DNA of 64,000 bases. Origin: Klebsormidium nitens. Taxonomy: Eukaryota > Plantae > Klebsormidiophyceae. The position numbers were made by a program, and so were the translations under genes. Every line of letters starts with the position of its first letter. Position 1 is the first letter of the stretch. Below the pieces are notes generated by a model, which searched no databases, was not told the DNA's origin, and saw only the letters and a list, made by a program, of their open reading frames with translations. The stretch covers positions 21,216 through 85,215 of the forward strand of contig DF237349.1 of NCBI GenBank assembly GCA_000708835.1, read 5' to 3'. This document shows, one piece after another, positions 49,101 through 61,292 of this stretch.

Positions 49101-52100
49101 NNNNNNNNNNNNNNNNNNNNNNNNNNNNNNNNNNNNNNNNNNNNNNNNNNNNNNNNNNNNNNNNNNNNNNNNNNNNNNNNNNNNNNNNNNNNNNNNNNNN
49201 NNNNNNNNNNNNNNNNNNNNNNNNNNNNNNNNNNNNNNNNNNNNNNNNNNNNNNNNNNNNNNNNNNNNNNNNNNNNNAACTTCCGGCGTGCACGGAAGCC
49301 GAAGTCGCAGCGTCCACCGAGACCAACACTACGCTCAAACCCGAGACCGCCCAAAAGCGCGGCCGCGCGCTTCTCAACCTCAAGTGCACTGACGCCCAGA
49401 GCGGTCTTCTCGGAAAAACGCTCCTGGTCCTCGAACCGAACCGGGGGGATCTATTTCCGCCCCATAAGTTTACCCCCCACGACGTGGTTGCGCTAAAGTT
49501 GAACAAAGCAGATGGGTCGGCGCCGGCACTGGGTCAGGGGGTGGTTTACCAGGTTAAGGATAACGCGATCACGGTCGCGTTTGAGGACGTTCCGGAAGAC
49601 GGGCTGGATTCGCCGCTGCGGATCGAGAAGCTGACAAATGAGGTGGGTCCGAACTTGGCTGGAGCTTTGACTGGTGATCCAGTATATCTGGAGTGACTGC
49701 TGAGCTTTGACTCTGTCAGTTTTGAACACTTCAACAACTCCCGTCTAGGGTCTAGTAGGAAGGTGTTCGGGTATCTGAAACCACAAGGCAACGAAGGCTT
49801 CGATCGCGAAGTCAGAAAAGGTTCCTCTGAGGATTGATTGACGAATTTGCTGGGTTTCTTCAGCTTCAAGAACTGGAGCGACGAGAAAAGATCCGTCCCA
49901 AGCCAATGCTCTACGTGTCGCCCAATGGTCTCAGGTACCGTACTGAGGGCTTGCTCCGAAGCGCTAACCTGCCAGTCGGCAAACCCTACAGTCGGTCACC
50001 ATTGCTGGTCCACGTCACCTTTTCCACTCATCAAACTTCCAAAGTCCTGCTCAGACTTTCAAAAATCCTATAGCTCTGCTGTGGCTCAGCGTTCATTTCC
50101 CCGCCTGAGTTCCTTTGAAAATTGACTGGAGCAACGAGTTCGTCTTTGCACGGTGCACTCATTCCGCGAGCTGCGGAGCCCATGTAACGCTTGGGGTCTG
50201 TTGCCAGGTGACGTTTCGTCGCCTGAAAGACACCCTGATCGAGCTCAGCAAGGGCCCAAAGGGACCGGCCGTCGATCTAGTTCCGGTTCTGTTCGGCGAG
50301 CGGGCGCCGCGCTTTGCTAAGAAGCCGCTCCCGTTCACGCCGATCAACGTGAACCTTGACCACTCTCAGGTGAGGTGCCAAGCTCAATTAAGGGTCCTGC
50401 TTGCGAAAAGTGACTGGCTGGAATGCTTCAAAGGCTTGAAGCATTGTCGTTTCTCGAAAGCTGAGAACGGCTGCGTTTCGTGAGGGTTTGCCTCATTACG
50501 AATCAATACTTGGACTGCCAAGGGGGGGCTGTTTTCAGCATGTTGCGCTAGGTTTGGAGGAGCGAAGCTTTTGGGCAGAAACGCTGTAAAAAGGCCGATA
50601 ACAAGTGTGGGATACAATAAAGAGGGTTATGGCCCCGCATTTACGATTTCACGAGCCGGGTACAACGTCTAGGATATCATCTTAGCTAACCAGAGAAGCC
50701 TGCATTGCGAAAAGAGAAGATTATTCTTGCCCAGTACGTAACGCCGTACTCTGCGTGCAGAGGGAGGCCGTTTCGCGCGCGCTCGGGGCGGAGGACTTTC
50801 TGCTGTTGCACGGGCCGCCGGGCACGGGGAAAACGACAGCCGTCATCGAGGTCAGACAATCCTTATTATTTGGAGTTTGAAATCTTTGCACTCGAGATTG
50901 TCAAACATTTCGAAGAACCAGCAGAAGGGCTGAGATGACGGGATCGGATTCGACCCTTCCTTGCTAGCTCAACAGTCAGGGGACCCGATAGGAAAAGAAA
51001 TGGAATCTGAAGAGATGACCTTTTAAGCACCCTCAATCAAAGGCTGAGAGGAACGAGCGCTCTGCTCTCCGTTGATTGACCAAGTTGCGATGACGTCCGC
51101 TGCTCAGCCACTCGCTGACATCATCCTTTTGTGTCACTTGACGTCATTGCCTATGCCCTGCACAAAGCGGGTTACCATTCATGCAACTTCTGACGTCAGC
51201 GGCTGTAAAATGGACGCTTATGCCATACTTTTCCAAGGAGCAGAAACTAGGCTTTTAGTTTGTCATGGTCATCAATCTCCTGAAGCAGAGACAATGACGT
51301 TATCGAGCAGGGACAAACGACGTCATCAGAAGGAGAGAAAGCCGTAACTAACATCAGCGAAAGAGCGCCATGAGAGTCTGGTGCGCACGGCGTCAGATGT
51401 GTGGTGCAACCCGTCTTATTATGCTGACGTCATCTCCTCCGTTCTGCAGTTGATTTTGCAGGAAGTGAAGAAGGGCCGGAAGATCCTGGCGTGCGCGGCT
51501 TCCAATATCGCGGTGGATAACATGGTGGAGCGGTTGGCAAAGCACAAGTGAGCAGGTGATACATGGTGCCGACGCGCTGGTTTTGCGCTTTGTGTTTGCA
51601 AATATAACCATCGTCCTTCGAAAATGCAAACGAAAGTTTGTCTCATATCTTGTCTCTGGGATCAAGTCGAACAGTATATGATAACATGAGGCGCTTTGAA
51701 TCATGTGGCCGGTTCTTGCGATGGTAGACTTTGAAGATCATACTCAAATCGGTTTGGAGTGTACACGAGAGCTCCGATTCCGAGGTCTATCTGGGGATAT
51801 AGTTGCTGGGCAGCCTAGAAAGAGGGTAGAAGCCGCTTCTAGAAAGTTTGTTTTTAATCCGAATACACACAGCCCGGCAAGTAAACGTGGACTTGGATGA
51901 CCGGATTAGCGCACGCCGTGAAGATTTTTGTTCTGCTGATCGTGATAGGGCAGGATGCAAGAGGAGCTTCCGTCATGACCCAAAGATCATGGAGTTGTAG
52001 ATCAATTTTGGAACGTTTCAAAAATTCCTGAGGTCACCCAATTCCTAGCACTCAGGGTCGGGCTGGAGCGGAATTGCAAAACGTCGATGCTTCAAGCTGT

Positions 52101-55100
52101 CGAACCTCAAATCTTTCGAGTGTGCAAAGCGTGAAATCCTACACATTGCCTCAAAATCTCCGGATGTCAGAGTTTCACTCAAGACTTCAAACTCCAAAAG
52201 CAAGCTATTTTTGTGTACTTTAACTCAGGGTTAAGCTGTTGCGGTCAGCTCACTCGCAAGTAACCTTGGAAACCCTAAATCCCTAGCCCTTAACCCTGCA
52301 GGGTTAAACTGGTGGGGGGAGGCTACCCCGCCCTGCTGCTGCCCCGATTTTCGGACAGCACTTTGGACGGGCTCGTCATCCAAGACGGACAAGATCTCCC
52401 TCGCGGATAACCTGAAAATCCTGAAACTCTCGCCCCTAACCTTGCAGGGTTAAGCTGGTGCGGTTAGGCCACCCCGCACGGTTGCTGCCCCAGGTTCTGG
52501 ACAGCGCTTTGGACGCCCTCGTGATGCGCACGGACAACAGCTCGCTCGCGAACGACGTCCGAAAGGAAATGAAGCAGATTGGGAACAAGCTGCTGAAAAC
52601 CAAGGATAGGTGAGCGCTAGCAACTTTCCTGATTGTTGAATTTTCTCATCGAAGTGGTCAGAGAAACCGTTCTCTCGGACAACGGCGGTCCGAGCTGGGT
52701 CGGACGGAGGCGCTTACGGGCATGATACCAGTGTGCTTCTTCGTATGGTCTTGATTGTGCTGCGTTATCCTCGATCATCTGCAGTCTGTAGTCCTGTGAG
52801 AAGCAATATTGGACCCTCGAATTCTTGGCTTCGACTTTGGAAAAACAGGGCAGTCGTCGGTCACGCCGCTAGTCACTAGAGCTGGATCACTTTTGGTCGA
52901 TAGTTGAGACAAAGCAGTGAACGGCGCTGCTTTTCCCCAGAAAGACTCTTATCATGCGGCAAGCAATCCTCCGGATAGATTATATTGAGAACCCTCCAAG
53001 ACCGTTTTTCTCTAACTGTCAAGTCAAAGCTTGCGAGTTGCTAAAGCTGCTGAGTCCAGAAGCCCCGCTCGCTTCCAGGCGCGAGAAAGGCGACCTCCGG
53101 CGCGAGCTCAAGAAGCTGGCCAAGGAGGAGAAGCAACGTCAGCAGCAGGCCGTGAATGACGTCATCAAGGACTCCACCGTCATCCTGACGACGCTGACGG
53201 GCGCGCTGAGCTTCCAGCTCAAAGGAACGGACTTCGATCTAGTTGTGCTGGACGAGGCGGCGCAGGCGCTTGAGTGCGCGTGCTGGATCCCCATTCTCAA
53301 GGTGGGTTAGTGTTTGTGAAACCTAGGGTTTGAAGTTTTAAACCGGGTTAAAGCGCGACATTGCCAAGGTTTCAAACCGCGAAAGTGTAGGATTTTAGGT
53401 TCCAGTCTCAAAGTGGATGAAAGGTGCAGAATCAAAGGCTTACTAGAGTTCCAATCCTCAAGGCGGGGCGACAGTTGATGACCTTCTTTCTGTATTGTCA
53501 GTTACCTTCTCCTCATGAATGTTACGTGGTTGGCGCTTCGGTGAAGAAGTTGAGGCTGTATATTCATTTATAAGGCATGTTAATGTGCTCTTAGCTGACC
53601 CTCTTGTTTGCGTTCCCGAAAGCCCCTGAGTGGTGGGCGGCCTAGCTTTGAGACCCTTTTCTTTCTTGAGACTTGGAGGAACCTGCCCGATCGACTCACG
53701 AGGAAGAGAAACCCAATTGACATTGTAAACAAGCGAAGAAAGCAGAAAGAAGAGAAGGGGTTTTTCTGAAACCTTCTGTATCTCGTATTGAAATTCTCGA
53801 AAGTTTCTGAAATCCCGGCCTTTCTGCAGGGCCGGCGTTGCATTCTCGCGGGCGACCACCTCCAGCTGCCGCCCACTGTGCAGAGCGCCGAGGCCGAGAA
53901 AAAGGGGTTAGGCACAACCCTTTTTGAGCGGTTAACTAGGCTGTACGGTGATGACGTTACGGCGCTGCTAACGGTGCAGTACCGGATGAACGAAGACGTC
54001 ATGCGGTGGTCGTCAGAGGAGCTTTACGGAGGAAAGGTGCGTGCCGCCTTAACCAGAGCTTAACCCTGGACAGTTACCTACAGCTCTTTGCGTCAAACCT
54101 GCCATCGTGTTTCTAACTCTCCGATCATGGTCCCCAATCTTGAACCGTTCGATCGACGACAAGGATGGCACCGGACGGCCCAAGATGAGAAACCAGGCTT
54201 AGAAAGCGTTAAACCCGATGGCAAGTTTCCGCAAACAGCTGTAAAAGCCGCTTGATTTATGATAAATCAAATATCTCAGCAGAGTTCGTAGTCCTGAATG
54301 CTAGATTCTGAAGCTGCGAACTATTGACGGCGCTGGATGACTCAGCCCCAAAAGTTTGAGGCCTTTCGGATCGTTCTGTGGTGTCCAAAAAGCTCTGGAA
54401 GAACCGGAGCGGATTGTCTGCGTGTGCTGGGTATGTGTCGCAAGGTGACGTCCTCAGATGTGGAGTCCGGGTGGTCTGAGCTGCCGATGTGTCAGGGATT
54501 GACGCACGTCTCCTGCTCCCCAGATCACGGCCCACGAGAGCGTTGCGTCGCACGGGCTCTGCGACGTGGAGGGAGTGACGTCATCGCCAGCGACGGACCC
54601 GGTCCTCATCATGATTGACACTGCGGGGTGAGTCCACTTTCATTTTCTTGCGTTATGTTTACGTAATAAGAACTGGCAACCGTCTCGCGCAATTGAATTT
54701 GGCACTCAGTGAAGTATGTGCTCATACCAGCTCCAAGGTGGTCTTCCGACGACTCACGTTATGGGCATTCAGAACCCGTCCGTCGGACATTTGACCTCTT
54801 TAGACATACAAGTTGCAGTTGACGCTCGAAGCTGGGCGTTCTTCCCTCACGAGGTTAAGAAGGCTCTATCAAAGGAAACAAAAACAGGTCACGAAACTTA
54901 ACCCGGATTTTTGTCCTTGCCTGTCCGTACAGCACCAATCAACTAAGCAGAAGCCGATTATGTTAGCTATTCCATCCACCATCCCCCTGCGTCCCTTACT
55001 TTAGTTCGGCCAAGTGATCTGCCATGAGGGATTCTAATCCTCAAAGTTTCGACAATCACTGTGAACAGACTGTAAACCGTCGGAAGAAACATCTTACAAC

Positions 55101-56997
55101 CTAGAGTAACCGCAAGAACTCTGAAAGGCCCAAAAGGCTGACAGCCGGGAGGCCCTAACATTAACCTGCGGGATTGCGAGAGGTTGACGAGTTCCTGAAA
55201 GGCCTGGAACCCAACTTTTCTTGAACCTGGGATCCTGAAAACCTGCACCCCCGAACCGAAACCCTAACCCGAACCCGAAATCGAACGTGAGCCTCGACGT
55301 AAACCTAACCGGATCTTCACCCGAAGCTCAACCCCGCAGGTGCGACATGGACGAGCTGAAAGAGGAGGAGGGCGGCAGTACGTCCAACGAGGGGGAGGCG
55401 CGTGTCGTCATGGCCCACGTCAGCCAGCTGCTGGAGGCGGGGGTGGCGGCTGCTGACGTCGGCGTCATCACTCCGTACAGCGCGCAGGTACGGGGCACGT
55501 GTCTGGACAGTATGCAGAAAATAAAGAAGCGGGTGATTCGGCGGTGTGCGATTTGGGACGTCTGCTTGGCATGTAAACAGATTTGAACATTCATAATGCG
55601 GGTCGTCTGGCTTGAATAAAATGATTGTTCTTTGGGGTACAGGTTCTCTTACACTTTTGGGTAGGACATTCATGGTCGAAGCTTGGGGCATCAGTGGGAG
55701 CCTTTGATGACTCCTTTCGCAGGCCATGCACCGATCTGGAGACAAGCACTCCAGGTGCTGAGCAGTTTGAAGGCAGTATCCGTGTCACTTGTGTTGCCTT
55801 TCATTCCCTCGATGACTGATTTGTAGAAGGCTGAAAGAGTACGACGGGATAATGAACTAGAAATGGGCGTTGCCCGCAAAGCTGACGGCATCACAACAGC
55901 GTGACGACGGTTCATCCCAACCACAGCACTTCAATGAGTTCAATTGCTGTCATCCTTCAGCCGACAAACCCTTACTGTATGAGCCCAATCCACCTCAAGC
56001 GCGCAGCGCAATTCCCTAACCCAGAATCGTGAAACCTGAAAACCGAGTTTTTTGTTATGCCGCAGGTAGGAGTGCTCAAGCAGATGCGAGGGGAGGACCG
56101 GAAACTGCGCGACTTGGAGATAAGCACAGTAGACGGATTCCAGGGGCGGGAGAAGGAGGCGATTGTCATCTCAATGGTGCGGTCGAATGACAAGGGCGAG
56201 GTGAGAACGACTGCAACTCTTAGCGTTCAATCATTTTGCAAGGTCTGATCGGCCACTTTCAGGTCGCCTGCATTCAGTTGTAATCCGGTTCTGACGGCAT
56301 TTGTTTCGCTTCAGCTTGAATATCTAATCCGAGCGCCGTTCGGCGCGGCTCGGTCTGTTCCGGCAGCTTCGATCCGGACCACATTCAGCAGGGGGGACGG
56401 AACAATCCGAAGGAATCCCTGAAGTGCGCTTTGAGGGAGTGTCGGCATAACAGAGGGACGGGTCGGTTCGGCTTCGAGAACAGACTACGGGTCACGACAA
56501 GCCACCTGCGATGCCACGTCTTGGGAAGGATGCTAGCGGAAGAGCGGAACAGTGTCAGCGAAACTCTTCAAATACCGCTTCTCGGCCGTCCTCGTTGAGC
56601 TTGGTTTATCCCAGTTTTAATCCACTTTGCGTCTCGACGAATTATGGGACGCATGGTGTCAAAAATAGGATGAATCCGAGTCGGCGAACCATTCCTTTTA
56701 GATACTGAGCCTAACATCGGTGAGCTTGTTTTGCACGATTTCTCACGATTTATCGATTGTTCAACCCAAATTCGGGGGTCCGCCTGATATAAAAGCCGAC
56801 TGCTGACGCTCGCAGATTGTCTGCAGGTCGGTTTTCTGGCGGACAGCCGGAGAATGAACGTCGCAGTCACACGAGCCCGGCGGCAATGCACAGTGATCTG
56901 CGACAGCGAGACCGTCAGCAACGACCCCTTTCTAAAACGGATGGTTAAGTACTTTGAGGAGAACGGAGAGTACTTGAGTGCTATGGAGTACAAGTAA
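46138..56997 (+). CDS. IGHMBP2: SMUBP-2/IGHMBP2-like UPF1-family SF1 helicase with N-terminal R3H domain; exons 46138-46444, 47415-47800, (start uncertain, ~49296)-49642, 50208-50369, 50761-50850, 51450-51547, 52448-52609, 53079-53301, 53830-54036, 54524-54627, 55340-55487, 56066-56200, 56827-56997
   Basis: Walker [31 protein letters not shown], Walker [54 protein letters not shown] and [18 protein letters not shown]. The IGHMBP2-specific 1B insert ([10 protein letters not shown]) is present. The exon-3 acceptor is probably inside the N gap. Confidence 0.93.
48370..49010 (+). repeat. About five tandem intronic copies of the start of helicase exon 3 ([25 protein letters not shown])
   Basis: Copies begin near 48372, 48500, 48660, 48821 and 48929; three (48372, 48660, 48929) directly follow tgcag|g. 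The true copy is at 49296. Confidence 0.93.
49054..49277. other. Assembly gap (224 N) inside the helicase intron-2 repeat array
   Basis: Run of n characters; its length may be an estimate. Confidence 1.
51090..51432. promoter_or_regulatory. Cluster of TGACGTCA (CRE/branch-point-like) palindromes in a helicase intron
   Basis: Perfect TGACGTCA at 51139, 51191 and 51425, plus four one-mismatch copies at about 51091, 51116, 51295 and 51318. Function is inferred. Confidence 0.45.
52290..52440 (+). repeat. Single decayed copy of the acceptor and first ~35 codons of helicase exon 7
   Basis: cctgcag|ggttaaactggtggggggaggctaccccgccctgctgctgccc...gacagcactttggacgggctcgtc versus the true cttgcag|ggttaagctggtgcggttaggccaccccgcacggttgctgccc...gacagcgctttggacgccctcgtg. 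Confidence 0.9.
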
Positions 56998-58188
56998 CGA
57001 ATGGTCACTGTTTTCGGAGGAGAGAAGAGAGTACCTGAGCCTGTGTGCTCTGGATGTACTAGCTTCTGCAAAGAAGACTGGCTTCATTGGCGTCCATCTA
57101 CGTGTCTCCAGACAGCTCAGTGACGTTGGTGTTCGAAGGAGGTACGATATCAAGGAGTCCACCAAGGAGTTCAATTGATTGAAAGCGTTGCGCCCGCTCG
57201 GTACAGCCGCCGGATGGTCGATTTTGGGTCAAGTCTCTTCTTGATGTGTCTCAAGGCAAAGGCGCTCCTGCGGCGGCCCAGCCAGATTGCTTTGAAAAGG
57301 GACAAAGCTAAGTGTTATCGAAGTGACCCGGAACGTGCACTGACGGTATCATGAAATGCGCGCGCTTGCGTTAATTGGACTCCGAATCATTGCATGCCAG
57401 AAGTCGCGTGCCTGGCCAATTGCCTCAACATTTTCATACTTATTGAATGACGTACTGCAGGTCGATCCGGCTCGGGACCGATCGACGGTACACGTACGTT
57501 CAATTAATGAAGAACGGGCGGGCCTGCCTCAGTGCCCAGGCTCGGCAAGAAACCGTATACCGTCCAAGTAATAGTACCGATGACGCCGCGGTCGTGATCG
57601 AAATTCCACTAGCTATAGTTGTGTTACAATGGAAAGCTCGATCAGGCATACATTACGCTATATATAATTCCCGTGCCGAATGAAGATGCATGACGTTGAC
57701 GGCGCTACTTAATTCATTGAATTTGACGCCCTTTGCTGGCACATGTGCATAATTCAAACACGTATCGGCTCGATTGTGTAAGAAATGAACGACTTATGTG
57801 ACTAAATCCATGTGGAAGTCTGTCAGAAGGCCAGGCACGTAATTAAGTGGGATCATATGCGAGCCTGCAGCCACTCCGAATCTCAAGCTCTTATACTCTA
57901 GCTCTTCGCAAGCTCATAACTACCTGAACAAACCACGCAATCAACATTCGGAACACGTTCTATTGCCGCTTTATCTGAGCAAGACAACACTCTGCTTTTG
58001 ACTGGGCCCTCCAGCTTGATTGCAATTCGAGTAGCCTAGAGAAGATCACGATGACGAACGGCATACGATGCCAGACGCCCTTGCAAATCAAGCCTGGTGG
58101 ACGGAAGCAAGATGGATTAACGGTTTTAAGGCTTTCGATGGACTTTGAATGCTCTAGATGCAACTCAATTGGACGATCTAATGACGCC

Positions 58189-60620
58189 CTATCTGTTACC
58201 CGCTGCCCTGGTGATGCGCCCAGTGACTCTCAGATTCAGGTCGCTGTCCTCGCCCCCAGAGAACATCAAGGCGACCTTCCTCTGCAGAACCAGTCCGTCG
58301 TGAGCGTCTCTGACCGCACGAGGGCTGGTCCGGATGCTGGCGGGAACGCCCTGCCACGTCATCTTCCTTTCGCTGTGGCCGACCTCGAGCGTGTAAGAGA
58401 AGCGAGCGGCGTCGGCCTCATCCCCCATGAATTGAATGTAAGCCATGTAGACCGGAGCGCGCCCTAGCTGGAAAGCTTCGAAGTGCAGGCAGAAGTAGCT
58501 GCCGAAGGCGTCCAGCACGGTAGGCCTTCAGCAAGTAAGGTAGACAGCGGTTAAGGTTCGCAGAAGTCTCAATCGAATGCTTCGCTATCAAGGTGCAAGC
58601 TGTGGCGAGAGACTGCCTCCCAAGGTCAATCGTCAAACACTCTGGAAAAGCTACCAAACATCGACTCTGTGGCTCCGAGAAGTCAATCACTCTCAAGTGT
58701 TTGCAAGATTATGAGGAGCAGGATACATGAAAGCGAAGGAAAGTGAACCTTGTTAGAAGCCATACCAACCATCTTTGTCTACCTTTTCAGATTGAGTCCT
58801 TCTGAATCAACCATTCTGAACCGCTAGTCGCACCCCACAAAAGGGACGGACGGGATAAGGATATTGGCAGCTCACATCCAGGTAGCATTCTCGACCTCAG
58901 TCGGTCGCGTCATGACGTATCGATGGATGAATGAAGGGCCGGTGCGCATGTCGACCTTTTCAGAAGCAGCAACAACGTCAGCAGAAGTAAAGTGGTTCTG
59001 CAAGGTATCGTGCCTAGAAGAGCGCTTAAATGAAGCAACATCTGCCAGCCAATGAGATGTTCGAACAGACTAAATGGAAGGAGCGGATGCTAAGAGACAA
59101 TATCTCAATGCTCGATTACCATTATACAAAGTACTGACCTTATGGAACTCTACCAGATGAGAGACCAGCTGCGCAATCTCTCCAGAGAAGTTACAGGAGG
59201 TGCTAGAAGAAGGGGACCCAGCATAGGGGCAGGCGAAAGGCCGGAAGATGCAGCGCTCCTCGTGGTTCTGCAAGAAGCTACCACAGAATCTGCTCCGACA
59301 AAAACAAGACAACGAAAACTAAAAATGTCAAGCTAGAAAGTGACAATTGAGGACTAAATGGTCAATACTGACTCAGACTCCATCTGCAAGGTAGGTTCGC
59401 TAAACCGGAGATAAATGTGCTGCATGAAGCTCACAGAAGCAGCTGATCTGTTACTAACAACGAATCTATTTTCTACCTGCTTCTGTGCGTAGTCGACGAT
59501 CTCGCTGCAGCCTCGAGGAAAGAATGCACAAGGGAGCCTAAGAGTCGATGCCACCTGCAAATTGAATACTGAGCCGATTTAAGAAGGAAGTAGAACTGCG
59601 GTCCTTTGACGGTTACTGTGGTGCAACATTAATGAGGGGAATGCTTGCTTTGCATGTGGGAGCTTCTTGAGCATCTTTCATGGATTGCAAACAGAGCTTC
59701 TCAACTTGAAGATTATACAAATGATATTGTCAAAAATAGAAAAAAAATCCTCGACACGCACCTTCTCCAACACCAGACACCGGATAGAACCTAGTGGACA
59801 TCTGCAGCTCGGACAGCGATCTTCAACTTTGGCCTTGCAAGTTGAACAGATTGTATGACCGTTCTGACACTGCACGAGAAACATGTGAGACGGTCAACAT
59901 CCGGTATAGGGGAGAGCAACTTTGAGAAGTTCAGTCGAACACAATGCCTTCTTTTTTGCAAGGGTCTTGTGGAGACAAAGACCTCCGTGGGGTCGGTCTG
60001 TTTGTCTCAACAGTTTCACCATAGTTACAATTGAGACCGCTTCTGTTGCAGTGACCAATCAATACTCTGGAGGATTGGCAAGCAACTTGCCAATCCGGAC
60101 GTCCTGATAGGAACGAAAAGACATGTTCTCGAGGAGCATTTCCGCCTGCATATCTTTTGAAGCTGACTGACTCAAGAAAGGCTGCAAAATTACACATTCA
60201 ACGCGATCGATCAGTTTAAAGTTGAACATCATACGAATACTGAAATCAACTGACCTGGAAGATCGGGGGAAGCATGAGATCCTGACAGACTGGACATTCC
60301 AGCATTTCATTGACTCCGGTCATGAGCCTCAATGCAGCTCCTGAGGACCGCTCTCCTTCTCTTGGACCTTCTACCGGAATCAGCGGCGTCCGTCGCTCCA
60401 CCTCCGTTCCAACCTGGATGACTTCGTCTGTCTCGTCTGAAGCGCCTCCATTGCTTGTATCGCCGTTAGCTCGAGAAAGGTCCCCTTCGCGACTGCTGCC
60501 ATTGGAGATAGAGACGTGCTGCTGCTCAGATGACCCTGTTCTGTCTTCGGAGACGATTCTTTCTGCTGCTTGCGACATGGAGGAAAGGGATGGCGGCCAC
60601 ACTGTTCCCAACGCAGCCAT
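58189..60620 (-). CDS. SINAT: SINA/SIAH-family E3 ubiquitin ligase (SINAT); exons 60620-60255, 59869-59762, 59554-59477, 59267-59139, 58955-58876, 58525-58189
   Basis: RING LECPVCQDLMLPPIFQCQNGHTICSTCKAKVEDRCPSCR, IRCLVLEKVA, Zn fingers (LPC...GC...HEERC, ACPYAG...C...HL...HK), HRYVMTRPTEVENATWM, FGSYFCLHFEAFQLG and SYTLEVG...WQGVPASIR. Phases are consistent. Confidence 0.96.
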
Positions 60621-61292
60621 CTTGCAGCATTTCAGGAAAGAAAGTCAGAACGGGTTAGGGAACAAAGCTCTCACAGACACCTGCTTTACGCCGTCCCCAG
60701 AGAGCGCCTCTCAAACTGAGGACCAATGTTTCAAGGTAGAAAGGAAAAGGCGTGCGACTTGGACGTTATTTTTTCAGCCTCTGCGTCAGATACAAGCAAT
60801 CTGGCCAAATGCATCCTCTAAAAGTGGAAAGAGCGAAGCCTGTAAATCTGAATTTCAGAAAGAACTCAGGTACGCAAAACCGTTCTGCCTTGCCAGCCTG
60901 ATCTTGTTAAGATTATATCTAAGCCAAACTCTACTTTCATTGTCTCAAGCAGCAACGTCGAGCAACTATACGCTTTTCTATGATGACAAGGAAAATTGAG
61001 CAGAGCACACTCCGCCAGTAACAAGAGCTTTTGAGGACGTCTGCTGCGACCAGAGTTGAAGATACTGGTAACTCTCGTGTGACCTAACGGGCGTGTGACC
61101 TAACATTTGAGTTACCCGGGCACACAAACTAGAAATCCTAACCGAGAAAATCACACGCTCCGCACCCTAACCCACGCTAACCACCTTACCTACCCCACCC
61201 GTCTCCTGGGCGCCTCTAAAGTCACACGCCTCTAGAATCACATGAGAATTGCCAGAGTCGCTACGTCTCGGTTCCTGCACTTTTGTAAGTGG

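Noticed and set aside
48815-49506. ORFs running through the N gap on other frames or strands
   Set aside because: They are extended artificially by unknown bases; only the + frame matching the helicase is meaningful.
55250-55320. Telomere-like ccctaa/accc(t/g)aa runs (also ~52270 and ~33660) as interstitial telomeres
   Set aside because: Only 1-3 imperfect units, located where CTAAC branch points are expected.
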